Part shown: positions 28,322-38,756 of the stretch, piece by piece
Numbering within the stretch: position 1 is the stretch's first letter
Layout of the letters: the number at the start of each line of letters is the position of its first letter
NCBI GenBank assembly: GCA_963822445.1
Contig: CAWGHO010000002.1
Coordinates: 384,001-448,000, forward strand
From: an uncultured Acidobacteriota bacterium
Lineage (GTDB): Bacteria; Acidobacteriota; Thermoanaerobaculia; Gp7-AA8
DNA: 64,000 nt
Reading direction: 5' to 3'
Program-made: the position numbers and the translations under genes
Notes under the pieces: model-generated
What the model was told of the DNA's origin: nothing
The model's input: the letters and a program-made list of their open reading frames with translations, nothing else
Databases searched by the model: none

Positions 28322-30907
28322 CTACGACTGTGGCTCACGACGACCGGACGGACCCCTCGCGAAGATGCGCGGGTCCTTGGTCGGGTTATAGGCGCCGTCG
28401 GGGGGCTTGACGCTCTCACAGTGCTTCCGGATGGCGGAGGTCACCGAGTCGTCGCTTTCCGTGATCGCCGGATCGTCGATGTCAATGTGGCCCATTTTGC
28501 AAGCCTGAACGACATCGAGGGCCAGGAATGAAGCGTGGAACTCCGACCATACGTCGGTGTAGACGTCGTGATTCTCGAAATTGTTTTCGATCCAAGCAAT
28601 GAGATCGTCGACGGCAGCGACGAGCTCCGGCGGCACGTTATCGGTACCGCCCCAAACGTCGTCCATCCACGGCCACATGAAAAGCGACAGCGCCGCGAAT
28701 GCCGCGCTCACGGAGGTCGGCCCGTCATCCGTGAAACGGGGAGGCGTTGTCAGGCTTGCCACGTGCTGGCACAAGCTGTTGATCGCCTTGTTCACATACT
28801 CCCGCCGCACGGAGCCTTCGAGGATCCGGCCATCCACCAGCGTCGCGAATGCGTGCACCGATGAAAGAAAGATTGGGCCGAGCTCGTCCGGCGTTTTCCC
28901 ATTGGGCTTGATCCCGTCCGCGCCGGCGACGAGCTGCCGCCCCAATCGGTCCATCACGAGGTCCTCCGCGCGCGAGTCCGGGTCGAGGTCGCGCAGGACG
29001 CGGTGTAAAACGCACAGGCCGCCGAAGGGCCAGTCATCCTCGCTGAACCTCAATTCTTCCTCTGGCTTCGCCGTCAACTCGGCAATCCACTGTCGGATCG
29101 CCTCTTCCTGTCCCGATTTCACGACAGCGAGCGCCGACGACTCAGAGCTTTCCTCGGACTCGACGCACGCTAGATAGGCAAAACAAGCGTGCCGCCAGCG
29201 CTCAAGGATCCTTTTCGGCCGTGTCGACGACAGCGGCCCGACGATTCGCCTGAGCGGACCGATTCGGTCGGCCCAGTGTTCAGCGAGCTCACGTTCGAGC
29301 TCACCAACATCCCGGAGGTGCGGACGCAGCCCCCGCAACGCGTAATACGTGTTGGCGACGCCGCCCTCACCCCACTTACGATCGCGACCCGACGATTCGA
29401 ATCCTTCGCGCTCGATCAGTGGCCGGCACGTCGCGTGGTAGGTGGCTCCCCATGGGCCTGCCGGGAATCGTTCATCGTAAACGAATTGGACGTTGCGACG
29501 GATTAGCCTGCTCCACAGGTCTCTGTTCCCCTCGATCCTTGCTGCCAGCACCTTTTCGAACCTCGTAAACTCGCGATCACGCCATGAACGTGGATCGTTG
29601 AGAAAGTCACATAGGTGCCTGACACTCTCCTCTGAATGAAGTCGCGGATGAATCGAAACTCTGTAGGACTCAGGGACGTCGCACTTTTCCTCCATCAACG
29701 AGACGTCGTTCCGCCAGCTTTCAGCGACCGACCAGTCATCATCGATAAGCTTCAAGAACGCGCGCTCGTTGCGCCGTCGAATACCCCGAACCAGAAGTTG
29801 GTCCTTACCCGACAGCGAGGATATGTGATAGCCGACGCTTGCCGATTTCCGGCTGAGCAGGCGTCGGAGACGGAGCGCCACGCGACGATCTTTGGTTGAG
29901 ATCTGGAAGAGGCCACTGCGATACCCGTCACCGTGTCGGAGCACAGTCCAGGGGCCCTTGGCCAAACCGCGAAGGAACGCGTCTTGCGCTGAGCGCGGCT
30001 CGCCCAATACCGAGTACGCGCTTCTCGCGAGCGATGCCATCGACTCGATACTCCCGGTCCCGCGCGCGCCTTGACCAAGAGAATACGCCACCGCCTTGTC
30101 CTCGAGCTCCCACTTTTCAACGTCGGCACGCAACGCGATCAGGAGCCCGAGTGTCGGCAAGGCACACAGAAACTTATGTGCACTAGCGGCATAAAGATGC
30201 GGGCCCTCGGCGCCGTGAAGTTGAAAACATTTACGAAGATCGATGTTACCGACCGCCTGAGCGCCGTCGATCACGACGATCGGCGGATCGGCACCTTCCC
30301 CGGCGATTGCGCTCAGCACATCCCACGGAAAAACGAAGCCCGTGTATCGATCGACATGACTGATGTAGATGACGTCCGGCCTCACGACCCGTACAGCCCG
30401 AGCAAACAGATCGGGGACTTGGCTGCTCTCGCTGTAAAGCAGGGCCTTCAGTTGTGCCACGAAAACCGGTCCATCCCAGATTTCGTCGATCGCCGTTATG
30501 ATTCCGGGATACTCGAAATCCGTAGTCAGCAGGGTCGGGTGCGTGGTGTTGGTACAATTCCGCGCACGATCCAGGGCAACGACTAGTGCACGCTGAATGG
30601 AGCGCGTCGTGCCCGAATGAATGGCGAGACCCAGCGGCTCGAAGGCGTCTTCCGACTGACGCCCTTCGGCGACATTCTTGAGCTCAGGCTGTGCTACGCG
30701 GCCCGGCAACAGTTTGCTTGCCAGCGCCACCAATACGGCGGCCTTCGCTTCCTCCCATGCACCCAGCCGCGCGAAATGACCCTCGATTTCACTGTCGTAA
30801 ACACAATAGGGTACATTGGTGACGCTGGCAAAATCGAAGAAGCGTCGCCAGTCGTTGGGCTTGTGCTGTGGCGGTCTTTCGGGTAACTGCAGTAGCTCGA
30901 TGCGCAC
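28322..30907 (-). CDS. Class-V aminotransferase/cysteine-desulfurase-like PLP domain fused to a putative prenyltransferase/terpene-cyclase-like alpha-toroid domain
   Basis: FFDFASVT, TTDFEYPG, ISHVDRYTG, VIDGAQAVG, SAHKFLC (PLP Lys); C-terminal half has QW-like RRNVQFVYDERFPAGPWG and NTYYALRGL; AAGGAG RBS and 1-nt overlap with the upstream gene. Confidence 0.7.
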   Translation of the reverse strand: MRIELLQLPERPPQHKPNDWRRFFDFASVTNVPYCVYDSEIEGHFARLGAWEEAKAAVLVALASKLLPGRVAQPELKNVAEGRQSEDAFEPLGLAIHSGTTRSIQRALVVALDRARNCTNTTHPTLLTTDFEYPGIITAIDEIWDGPVFVAQLKALLYSESSQVPDLFARAVRVVRPDVIYISHVDRYTGFVFPWDVLSAIAGEGADPPIVVIDGAQAVGNIDLRKCFQLHGAEGPHLYAASAHKFLCALPTLGLLIALRADVEKWELEDKAVAYSLGQGARGTGSIESMASLARSAYSVLGEPRSAQDAFLRGLAKGPWTVLRHGDGYRSGLFQISTKDRRVALRLRRLLSRKSASVGYHISSLSGKDQLLVRGIRRRNERAFLKLIDDDWSVAESWRNDVSLMEEKCDVPESYRVSIHPRLHSEESVRHLCDFLNDPRSWRDREFTRFEKVLAARIEGNRDLWSRLIRRNVQFVYDERFPAGPWGATYHATCRPLIEREGFESSGRDRKWGEGGVANTYYALRGLRPHLRDVGELERELAEHWADRIGPLRRIVGPLSSTRPKRILERWRHACFAYLACVESEESSESSALAVVKSGQEEAIRQWIAELTAKPEEELRFSEDDWPFGGLCVLHRVLRDLDPDSRAEDLVMDRLGRQLVAGADGIKPNGKTPDELGPIFLSSVHAFATLVDGRILEGSVRREYVNKAINSLCQHVASLTTPPRFTDDGPTSVSAAFAALSLFMWPWMDDVWGGTDNVPPELVAAVDDLIAWIENNFENHDVYTDVWSEFHASFLALDVVQACKMGHIDIDDPAITESDDSVTSAIRKHCESVKPPDGAYNPTKDPRIFARGPSGRREPQS

Positions 30908-31902
30908 TACTTCTCCTTGCCCGGCAACGGTGCGAGGTTATAAGGGATTGCCGAATTGTCAGTGCCGTGAAAATTGACCGGCAGGGTGCCCAGCGAAGAC
31001 AGGTTCTTGACCTTCGTCGCCAATTGTCGAGGCGCCAGGTCGGCGTACGTCTCTAGAAATGAGACCGTTTCACTGGCGATCTTGTTGGGCTCCACGCTGC
31101 TTTGAATGGCAAAGGTCGTTTCGGCCTCGCGCTTGGCAGTCGCACTCCTGAGATCGGTCAGCGGCGTACATCCGTCGGAGAACAAAACGAGGCTTGCTTC
31201 GTCCAGCGGCCGGCTGATCCGATCCAGCTGTTTCACGGTGGCGGAGTATCCGGCGACGAAAAGAACCGCATCCGCATTGTCCAGAGGAACGGTGTCCTGC
31301 CAGAGCGGAACCGGGATGTTGAGCGACTGCGCCAGGAACGTTCTCAGTTCGTCAGCGTGATAGGAATGCTCGTCGCTTCCAACCTTCTCGGACGTCCAGA
31401 AGAACAGCGTGCGAAGTTTCGCCAGCCGCATCTTCATCACCACAAGTTCTGCCTGCTGGCGATTGTTGGGACACAGGCGAAAGATGTTGTCGTCGCCCAA
31501 AGCGCTGACATCCGGCGACAACAGCTTGTCGTTGCTCGCAACAATCACGAAGATCGGCCTCGTCGAGAGAGGACCCAGGATCTCGAGCGTCCGGCGCGCA
31601 TGCGGAGAGTCACACACTAGAACGAGAGACGTAACGTTCTGCCTGTTCAGATAAGAAAACAGCTCGCGGCGGAAGTGGTCTTTGTCGCTGGACTCCGAGC
31701 CTGGAGCTGCCAGCGGGATCGGTAGGAACGTCGGGAGACCCTCCGTCTCGGAGAAGTACTTACGCGCTGAGGCCCAGGGGCTGGCGGGAGCTGCTTCGGG
31801 ATCGAAGAATCTGCGCGCAATGTCCGCCCAACACTTGCGCGAGTAGGTTCCTGGCGGATCCCAGTTGCCGATCACGATCGTGCGGGCCGCTTGCTCGGTC
31901 AT
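30907..31902 (-). CDS. Divergent type-I periplasmic-binding-fold (LivJ-like) protein without signal peptide
   Basis: VTSLVLVCDS, IVASNDKL, NIFRLCPNNRQQAE, DAVLFVAGY, VLFSDG; start uncertain (ATG 31902 chosen). Confidence 0.6.
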   Translation of the reverse strand: MTEQAARTIVIGNWDPPGTYSRKCWADIARRFFDPEAAPASPWASARKYFSETEGLPTFLPIPLAAPGSESSDKDHFRRELFSYLNRQNVTSLVLVCDSPHARRTLEILGPLSTRPIFVIVASNDKLLSPDVSALGDDNIFRLCPNNRQQAELVVMKMRLAKLRTLFFWTSEKVGSDEHSYHADELRTFLAQSLNIPVPLWQDTVPLDNADAVLFVAGYSATVKQLDRISRPLDEASLVLFSDGCTPLTDLRSATAKREAETTFAIQSSVEPNKIASETVSFLETYADLAPRQLATKVKNLSSLGTLPVNFHGTDNSAIPYNLAPLPGKEK

Positions 31903-32048
31903 CGGCGTCGTCCGTCGGGGGATGACGTTCGCCGGCCTACCGGACGAGGCATCGTCTCGAATCCACATGGCGAGATACGCACAACTTCCTCCCTCGACTC
32001 GAACTGAATTGCTGTGAGCTGCCTTCTCGTGTGGAACGGTGGGCGGAC

Positions 32049-33235
32049 CTAGCCCACGTCTAGGAGTGACGGCGCGGACTCTTTCCCTACCCCGCCACGC
32101 CGCCACTCCAAACTCGCCGCCGACGCTGCTCTTGTACGCGAGCACACCACTTCGGATCTTCTCGACGACGAGTTTCTTCTGACTGGCATTGCGCTCGTGA
32201 TCGAGTGTGAGGGTGTGACCACGCGAAACCCGCGAGTTGCGGCGACCGCGTTCCGCAGGCGTTGCCCACCCTGCCCCTCCGTTCGCCGCAGCGTGTCCGC
32301 GACGAGATGCGTGGATCGTACGAGCGCGGCGAATGCATCCGGGGTGGCACCGTAAAGGCGCGTGTACTCGTTGACGAATTTCGCCACGCCTGGAGCTGAA
32401 TCGATGAGCTTCGGCGATTCCCATCCGTCGCCACCGAGGAGCGGCACGGTCAGCCCGAGGTCTTTCGCCTGAACGGCGATCTGACCGACGTCTGTGTAGT
32501 AGCCCGGGACGAACACTGCCTCGGGCGTTGCTCGGCGGATCGCCGTCAGCTGGGCGCGGAATTCGGAGTCCCCGTTCGCATGGCTCGATCGCGTGGCGAT
32601 TTGCCCTCCGTGCTGCGTGAACCGTTGCTCGAACTCCTTGGCAAGACCGCGTGAGCAGTCGCTTTTCACGTCGGTCAGCAACGCCACTCGCCGCAGACCG
32701 AGCGTACGCGCTGCGCAGTGGGCGAGCGCGCGGCCCTGATCATCATCCGTGAAGCACACCCGGAAGATGTAATCGCCCTTCTTAGTCACCTCCGGGTTCG
32801 TCGATGCGGGCGTGATCATCGGTACGCGATTACTCTGGCAGATCGGTGCGGGGGCGAGCGGCGCGGACGACGAGGCTTCGCCGATCACCGCCACGACGTT
32901 GTCGCGTGAAATGAGCTTCGTCACGGCGTTTGCGGTGTCGTCGTGCTTCGACTGGTCGTCTCGGGTAATGACGCGCAGCCGTGCGCCGGCGACGCCGCCC
33001 CTTCGATTGATCTCATTGACCACCATCACGATGGCATTGTGAGACGACTGTTCGAACGTCGCCTGGGGCCGGTGAGCGAGCCGATTCGCCGATCAGAATC
33101 TCGCGCCGCGCCGCATTCTGCGCGCTGTCGGAGCCACGCGCAGAAGTTGCCGTAGCGCCCGGCCAGAGCCAGCAACACAATCGACGAGATGATGAACTGC
33201 ACGACGAAAGGAACACGATTGGATTTGTTTCGCAT
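32049..33235 (-). pseudogene. Decayed branched-chain amino-acid ABC transporter substrate-binding protein (LivJ/K family)
   Basis: Intact-looking core (VPMITPASTNPEVTKKGDYIFRVCFTDDDQG, PLLGGDGW), but the N-terminus (MRNKSNRV.../EILIGE/SLTGP) and C-terminus (TLDHERNASQKKLVV) lie in other frames; apparent deletion after PKLID. Confidence 0.8.
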
Positions 33236-33979
33236 TTTCTATCTCCGTCTTCGCGTCTACCCGCCTGTCGAGGACGGTATTTGCCCGCTGATACGGAGCA
33301 ACTGATTTTCCGGAGGTTGAGCATTCGGACGTATGCGACGATATTGATCTGTAGTCCTGCTGATTCACATGCAGACGAACCTCACAGTTTTGTCGTCACG
33401 GGCGTCCGCGGGCGATGAAAACGCGTCCTGCACCGACCTCGGCACGCGGCTCGTGGCGGAAATCGGCGACATTAACCTGCAGCTGGTGACGTAGTACTGC
33501 ACCGCATCGGGGAAGGTGCGTCACCGGGGCAGGCCGTCGAACAGGCAGCTCGCTTCACCGTGCTTCATCTTGTCGACAAAGTGGACCGTTTGGTGCTCGT
33601 CCGCAAGGCGATCGAGCGCGGCGTTCGCGTCGCCGCGCGGTCGGGAGATATCGAAGAGATCATCGCCGTCGGGTTCAAAAGACCGATGCCATCGACCGCA
33701 ACATCGAAGCCGCTGAGGAACCTATCAGAAGAATCGCGCGGTTCATGGGCGACCTCTCGGTGATGCCTCAATGCCGACCTGAGTTCCCGCCGAACCGGTG
33801 CAAGGCGCCGAACTGCTGTTCACGTTCCGCCCGAAACTGCGGATTCTCCGGGATCGAAACATCGCCGCCTACGACGCCACACACGACCCCGATCTTCCTC
33901 TCCTGAACGTGCTGACCGCGAACTCGGATGCGCCGATCACCGTGGTAAGAACTGGCCGGCGGGTTTGAAGCGGTAACCC

Positions 33980-34381
33980 CTATTCACTTTTGTTCGCAGG
34001 ATCCCAGTTCTTCGGCTCCCATAGCTCGACCTTATTGCCTTCGGGATCCATCACCCAGGCGAACTTGCCGTTCTCGTGTTTCTCCGGCCCCTGGTGGATC
34101 TCGACGCCGCCGGCGCGCAGCTGCGCGAGCAGCGCGTCCATGTCGTCCACGCGGTAATTGATCATGAACGAGGAGTTGCTCGGCGCGAACCATTGACTGT
34201 CGCTCTTGGCGAGGCTCCACACCGTCAGGCCCTTGTCCTCGGCCGTGTCGTCGGGCCACTTCAGGATCGCGCCGCCCCACTCCTCGAGTGAGAGGCCGAG
34301 GTGCTTCTGGTACCAGTCCGCGAGGGACTTGGGATCGTTTGCCTTGAAGAAAATGCCGCCGATGCCGGTGATGCGCGCCAT
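33980..34381 (-). CDS. VOC/glyoxalase family protein
   Basis: ITGIGGIFFK..DP..L..WY, FMINYRVDD, GKFAWVMDPEGNKVELWEP; RBS AAGGAG. Confidence 0.93.
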   Translation of the reverse strand: MARITGIGGIFFKANDPKSLADWYQKHLGLSLEEWGGAILKWPDDTAEDKGLTVWSLAKSDSQWFAPSNSSFMINYRVDDMDALLAQLRAGGVEIHQGPEKHENGKFAWVMDPEGNKVELWEPKNWDPANKSE

Positions 34382-34489
34382 TCACGCTCCTTGAAGCAAC
34401 AGGATTCTGCGCGGCGACTATATCGGCGTTTGTCGTCAGTTGATGAAGTGATTGAGCTTGGTCTGTCACGGCAGGCGTGATCGGGAAAC

Positions 34490-36163
34490 TCATCGCCTCC
34501 GTTTCCCCAGGAGCCAGAGCTCAGGCCGCCCATTGAGAACCTTCCCGGCGAAATCCAGCTGGAACGTCTCTCCGCCTGTCGTGGACACGACGATGTCCCT
34601 TTTCGTGTCGTTATCGAAATCGATGACCTCGAGGCGCCGGATTCGGGCCGACCTCGGGACGACCACACCTGCCCACACACGCTCGAGCTTCGAGTCCAGC
34701 AAAGCGACGGTGGCATGAGGGCGATCGGTGCCGAAGGTCGCACCGGGCTTGTCGTCGATACCGGCAACGATGATTTTGCGGGTGTGCCGCGAGGTTGGTC
34801 GGTCGATGACCATGGACTGCAAGTGGCCCACGTGGTCATACGAAAGAAGGCGTTGACCGTCGGCGGCGTAGAGGGAGACGCGGGAGGCCGAGCTTCCATC
34901 ACTCCACAAGGCGACGATCTCGAGGCCCTGGTCCTGACGCGACAGATCCTGAACGAGGAACTGCCGCAAGGTCGTGTCCTGCTGCGCGGACCAGCGCCGC
35001 AGACCTACCCGGTCGAACACGGTGATCGTGTTCGCGCCGACGACGACTTCCTGACTGCCATCCGCATCGAGATCCGCAACCTCCGCGCGTGTCACGAGGC
35101 CATCGACGCTGTGTTGCCAGAGCCGTTTACCGTTCGCCGAGAATGCCGCGACGGTCGAGCCATCGGTCACGGCGCGTGCGACATTGCCGGGCGGAGGCGG
35201 GGGAGGAGGACCATGGCAGATCGATAGCGGCATGTTCTGAGAGTCGCCGTCGATGCTGACCTGGGTAGCGGCGCGAATCGATGGATTGCGATTCGCGAGA
35301 ATCCACCTCCGGACATAGCGTTCCACGTAGGGTTTCAGCGTTCCGATCGTAACGGCGCCGCGCGTCAACGAGGCCTTACAGCTCATCCCGTTGATCACGG
35401 CTTTCGTGAACACCCCATTGCCATCACCTTCGTATGCATATCCGCCTGCCGTGGCAGCCGAGAACACGATCTGTCCATGCACGCGTCCCATCCTGCCGAT
35501 CATCGGCGCCCTGCCGGCGAGTGAGCCGCGCACATCAGGGATGCGGTTGCGACAGGTGTCGACGAGAAACAGCGATCGTTCCGCGTCCGATTTGCCGGCA
35601 ATGTCCAACAGCCGCGGCATCTGCAAGGCCGTTTCCGGATATCGAAAAAGAGAGCTCGAACCGAGAATGTATTGAACCCCGTCCTTCGTGAAGCCGTGTG
35701 TGGCGATCGACACGATGAGAATTCCGCCGGGGCCGGCGACGGCCGACTGTTTTTGCAGCAGGTCCAGAATGTCACTCGGCCCCGCCGGCTCGATTCTCGC
35801 CCCCGCTCGGACGAGCTCGTCGAGACGTCTTTTCGATGCTTCCTTTCTGGGCCGCCCCGACAGGGAGAGCACCACGCGATCCGGCGGCACGAGCAGTACT
35901 CGTGGATCGAGCGAGAACATATAAGCGAGATCCACCGCGTCGTCCGCCGCATATCGGACTTCGAGTGCCGGATCATTCGTGAATTTCGGCACGCCGATGA
36001 ACAGCGCGGCGGATTGAGCCGGATTGAATTTCGCCGGCTCGACCGGCGCCGCCTCGGGCACGAGTCGAACGCCGCGAAACAATCTCATTGCCACAGGCGA
36101 GACTGCCGCGGTCGTGACCAGGAGTGCTCCCAGTGCGACAACGAGCGGCTTCCAAAGCTTCAT
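34490..36163 (-). CDS. Caspase-family (peptidase C14) protein with N-terminal hydrophobic segment and C-terminal FG-GAP/propeller-like region
   Basis: ALFIGV, YAADDA, SIATHG (His), LVDTCR (Cys), GNGVFT; ADLDADGSQEV and DFDNDTKRDIV repeats; ATGA overlap with hxsC. Confidence 0.88.
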   Translation of the reverse strand: MKLWKPLVVALGALLVTTAAVSPVAMRLFRGVRLVPEAAPVEPAKFNPAQSAALFIGVPKFTNDPALEVRYAADDAVDLAYMFSLDPRVLLVPPDRVVLSLSGRPRKEASKRRLDELVRAGARIEPAGPSDILDLLQKQSAVAGPGGILIVSIATHGFTKDGVQYILGSSSLFRYPETALQMPRLLDIAGKSDAERSLFLVDTCRNRIPDVRGSLAGRAPMIGRMGRVHGQIVFSAATAGGYAYEGDGNGVFTKAVINGMSCKASLTRGAVTIGTLKPYVERYVRRWILANRNPSIRAATQVSIDGDSQNMPLSICHGPPPPPPPGNVARAVTDGSTVAAFSANGKRLWQHSVDGLVTRAEVADLDADGSQEVVVGANTITVFDRVGLRRWSAQQDTTLRQFLVQDLSRQDQGLEIVALWSDGSSASRVSLYAADGQRLLSYDHVGHLQSMVIDRPTSRHTRKIIVAGIDDKPGATFGTDRPHATVALLDSKLERVWAGVVVPRSARIRRLEVIDFDNDTKRDIVVSTTGGETFQLDFAGKVLNGRPELWLLGKRRR

Positions 36164-37314
36164 GCGATCCCATTCCCGTCGGAATCCAGCGGATGGATGC
36201 GCGCACTGCGGATCTTCGTTCCGGATTGAAAGAACCCTCCACACCGCTCGATCACGCCGCAGCCGTTGCACTCCGGGAGATACACATTTTTCCAATCGGA
36301 GATCGATTTGCGCGCCAGCGGCCAGAGCCGACGATCGAGAACGCAGAGCTGGTGGTTGTAAATCGACACGTTCATCCCTGCATCACGGAAGACATCACTG
36401 GCCGCGAGGAGCTCGCGCTGATAGTCGGCCGGATCGATCCAAAGCTCATCGAGATTTCGATGTACCAGGCCGAACATCTCCAGCCCCATGAGGGCGACGT
36501 GACATGCGAAGGGGAAATTGCGCGCGATGAACGCGGCCAGTTGGGGCAAGCGCGGAATGGAACGCGCGTGCAGGACGATCCGAATCTCGACGCGGACGCG
36601 GTGACGATCGAGGTTCTGCAATCCGATCACGGTCTGCTCGAATGCACCGGGCGCTTGCACGATGTGATCGTGAAGAGAATCAACGTCCGCATAAAGAGGA
36701 ATGCCGAGAACGAGATCCGGGTGATCGATTCGTCCGAGCTTTTCGGCGAAATGCCGATAGAAGAACAGGCGGCCGTTCGTCAGCACGTGAAGAGCGGTCG
36801 AGGGCAGGCGCTCTTTGCAGCGCGCGACGAGCTCGAGGAAGCCATCCCGAAAAAGCGTTGGCTCTCCCCCCGTGATCCCGAGCTCTTCCGTCGTCGGATC
36901 GATCAGGTCGATGAGGCGCAGGTGTTCCGCCAGACGATCGGAGTCGTCGATCGCTTTCGGGGGCTGTGAGCACATCAGGCAGAGGCTGTTGCACTGTTCG
37001 GTGACGAGAATGAAATTGTGCGGGGATCCGCGGCGATAGAGCGTCCGCACGAAGCCGTTCGGATCGACGGCCACGACGTCGCCGTCATCGAGATAGTCGA
37101 GCTGATGGAGACCGCTCGCCGTCGGAATTGCGGAAACGGAGGGTGCTTCTCCGAGCGCGAGAACGCCGAGGTAGCCATCGGGGTGACAAGGCAAAGCGCC
37201 GCCGCTGGCGAGCAGCCACGCATCGCCGCGGCCGGACGGCAGCGGCGAGCGTGCGACGCGCCCGATCAAAGTTCGATCGACATTCGTCACCCGGGCGTTC
37301 GCATGCAGCCTCAT
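36160..37314 (-). CDS. hxsC: His-Xaa-Ser system radical SAM maturase HxsC
   Basis: VTEQCNSLCLMCSQPP (CxxxCxxC), GITGGEPT, LTNGR, ARKSISDWKN, C-terminal CxxC...CGGFF; follows hxsB. Confidence 0.93.
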   Translation of the reverse strand: MRLHANARVTNVDRTLIGRVARSPLPSGRGDAWLLASGGALPCHPDGYLGVLALGEAPSVSAIPTASGLHQLDYLDDGDVVAVDPNGFVRTLYRRGSPHNFILVTEQCNSLCLMCSQPPKAIDDSDRLAEHLRLIDLIDPTTEELGITGGEPTLFRDGFLELVARCKERLPSTALHVLTNGRLFFYRHFAEKLGRIDHPDLVLGIPLYADVDSLHDHIVQAPGAFEQTVIGLQNLDRHRVRVEIRIVLHARSIPRLPQLAAFIARNFPFACHVALMGLEMFGLVHRNLDELWIDPADYQRELLAASDVFRDAGMNVSIYNHQLCVLDRRLWPLARKSISDWKNVYLPECNGCGVIERCGGFFQSGTKIRSARIHPLDSDGNGIA

Positions 37315-38756
37315 GCGACCTGCTCCCGCTGTAATGGCTCTTCGCGGATCCACGACCACAACACGCGTCGGGTGACCTCATCACGCTCGAGGAGCGAGAT
37401 CAGGTGTTTGATGATGGAGAAGTTCTTTTCGTGGAAATCGCTGGTGGGAATGACCGGCACGAGGTCGCCGGTGGTCGCATAGTGATGCACCGGATCGGCG
37501 CCGCACCAAGGCAGAAACGCACAATCGGAGCAGCCGGGAAACGATTCGGCAACCGACGCGGCAATGATCCTGCGGAGGGTCTCGCCTCCGAAGATCGCCT
37601 CGTACGAATCGCGATGGACGTTGCCGAGGCGGAAGCGCGTGTCGCCCATTGCTGCCAGCATGCGCGACTCGTCCGTGGGGTAGACGTCGCCATCATGGTT
37701 GTAGACGACGGCACCGATTCCGGCACCGGCGGGACTCTGCAGGTCGACGTAGCCGGTGGCGAACGGCGTCAGGATTCGCGTCAGGAGAAGCTGCGCATAG
37801 CTCTCGATCAGAAACGTGCCGTCGGCATTGAGTCGAATGATGTAGTCGAGCGCGCGGACATAAAACTCGAGGAACTCACGCATCGAGTAACCGGTCGTGC
37901 GCACGCTACGCAATGCGAAGCCGTAAGGGCTCAAAGGGCGCAGGAAAATCGACGAAAATCCGAGGCGGACGTATTCGTCGACGATTGCTTCCGGCGACTG
38001 GAGGGATGCACTGGTGGTCGTCATGAGCGCGGCAACGCGATCGTGACCGAGCACTTCCCGAGCGCGCCGGATTCCGTCGATCGTTCGCGCGTGGCTGTCG
38101 TTGCCGGGCCGGGGACGATTGGCATCATGCAGGGCCTGCGGTCCGTCGAGAGACGTCGACAGGAAGACGCCGTGCTCGCGGAAGAAATCCAGCATCTCTC
38201 CGTCGAGCAAGGCCAGGTTCGTCGTCACGACGAAATCGACGTCGCGGCCGGCCGCGTCCGCGCGCCTCCGGCCTTCCACCACGATCTGCCGGACGCGATC
38301 GAAGTGCAGCAGCGGCTCACCACCCTGCAGCTCGATCTTGAGCCGCGGCGCCGGCGAGCGAAACGCAAGGTCGAGCCCGCGCTCCGCGGTTTCCTCGCTC
38401 ATGTCGTAGCGCTTTTTGTCGACGCTCACCCGCGAGACCTGACAGTAGTGACACGAATGCTCGCAACGCAGCGACACGACGAAGATGTGCAGGCTCGTGA
38501 ACCCGTCGAGGAATGCCTTCTTCGTCCGATACTTCGCCGCCAGCAGCTCGAATGGCGCAAGACTGTTGCTGTCGAAGAGGAAGTGCTTGGCCTTCAGATC
38601 GAGATAGGCGTCCGAGTCCGGCGACAGGTCACGCTGGACGAACCGCGCGAGATCGTCCTTCGCCAGAAAGTGAAACTCCCCTGTTTCATTGACGACCAAC
38701 GTCCTTGTTTGATCGAAGCGCAGGAATCGGAAAGGCAAGAGACGATACGCGCTCAT
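37311..38756 (-). CDS. hxsB: His-Xaa-Ser system radical SAM/SPASM maturase HxsB
   Basis: YRLLPFRF, LHIFVVSLRCEHSCHYCQVS, KIELQGGEPLL, YVDLQSPAG, DESRMLA, CSDCAFLPWCGADPV. Confidence 0.95.
   Translation of the reverse strand: MSAYRLLPFRFLRFDQTRTLVVNETGEFHFLAKDDLARFVQRDLSPDSDAYLDLKAKHFLFDSNSLAPFELLAAKYRTKKAFLDGFTSLHIFVVSLRCEHSCHYCQVSRVSVDKKRYDMSEETAERGLDLAFRSPAPRLKIELQGGEPLLHFDRVRQIVVEGRRRADAAGRDVDFVVTTNLALLDGEMLDFFREHGVFLSTSLDGPQALHDANRPRPGNDSHARTIDGIRRAREVLGHDRVAALMTTTSASLQSPEAIVDEYVRLGFSSIFLRPLSPYGFALRSVRTTGYSMREFLEFYVRALDYIIRLNADGTFLIESYAQLLLTRILTPFATGYVDLQSPAGAGIGAVVYNHDGDVYPTDESRMLAAMGDTRFRLGNVHRDSYEAIFGGETLRRIIAASVAESFPGCSDCAFLPWCGADPVHHYATTGDLVPVIPTSDFHEKNFSIIKHLISLLERDEVTRRVLWSWIREEPLQREQVA

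Noticed and set aside
27947-34000. Integrase, transposase or prophage genes at the island edge
   Set aside because: No recombinase, DDE or phage structural motifs recognised in any frame.
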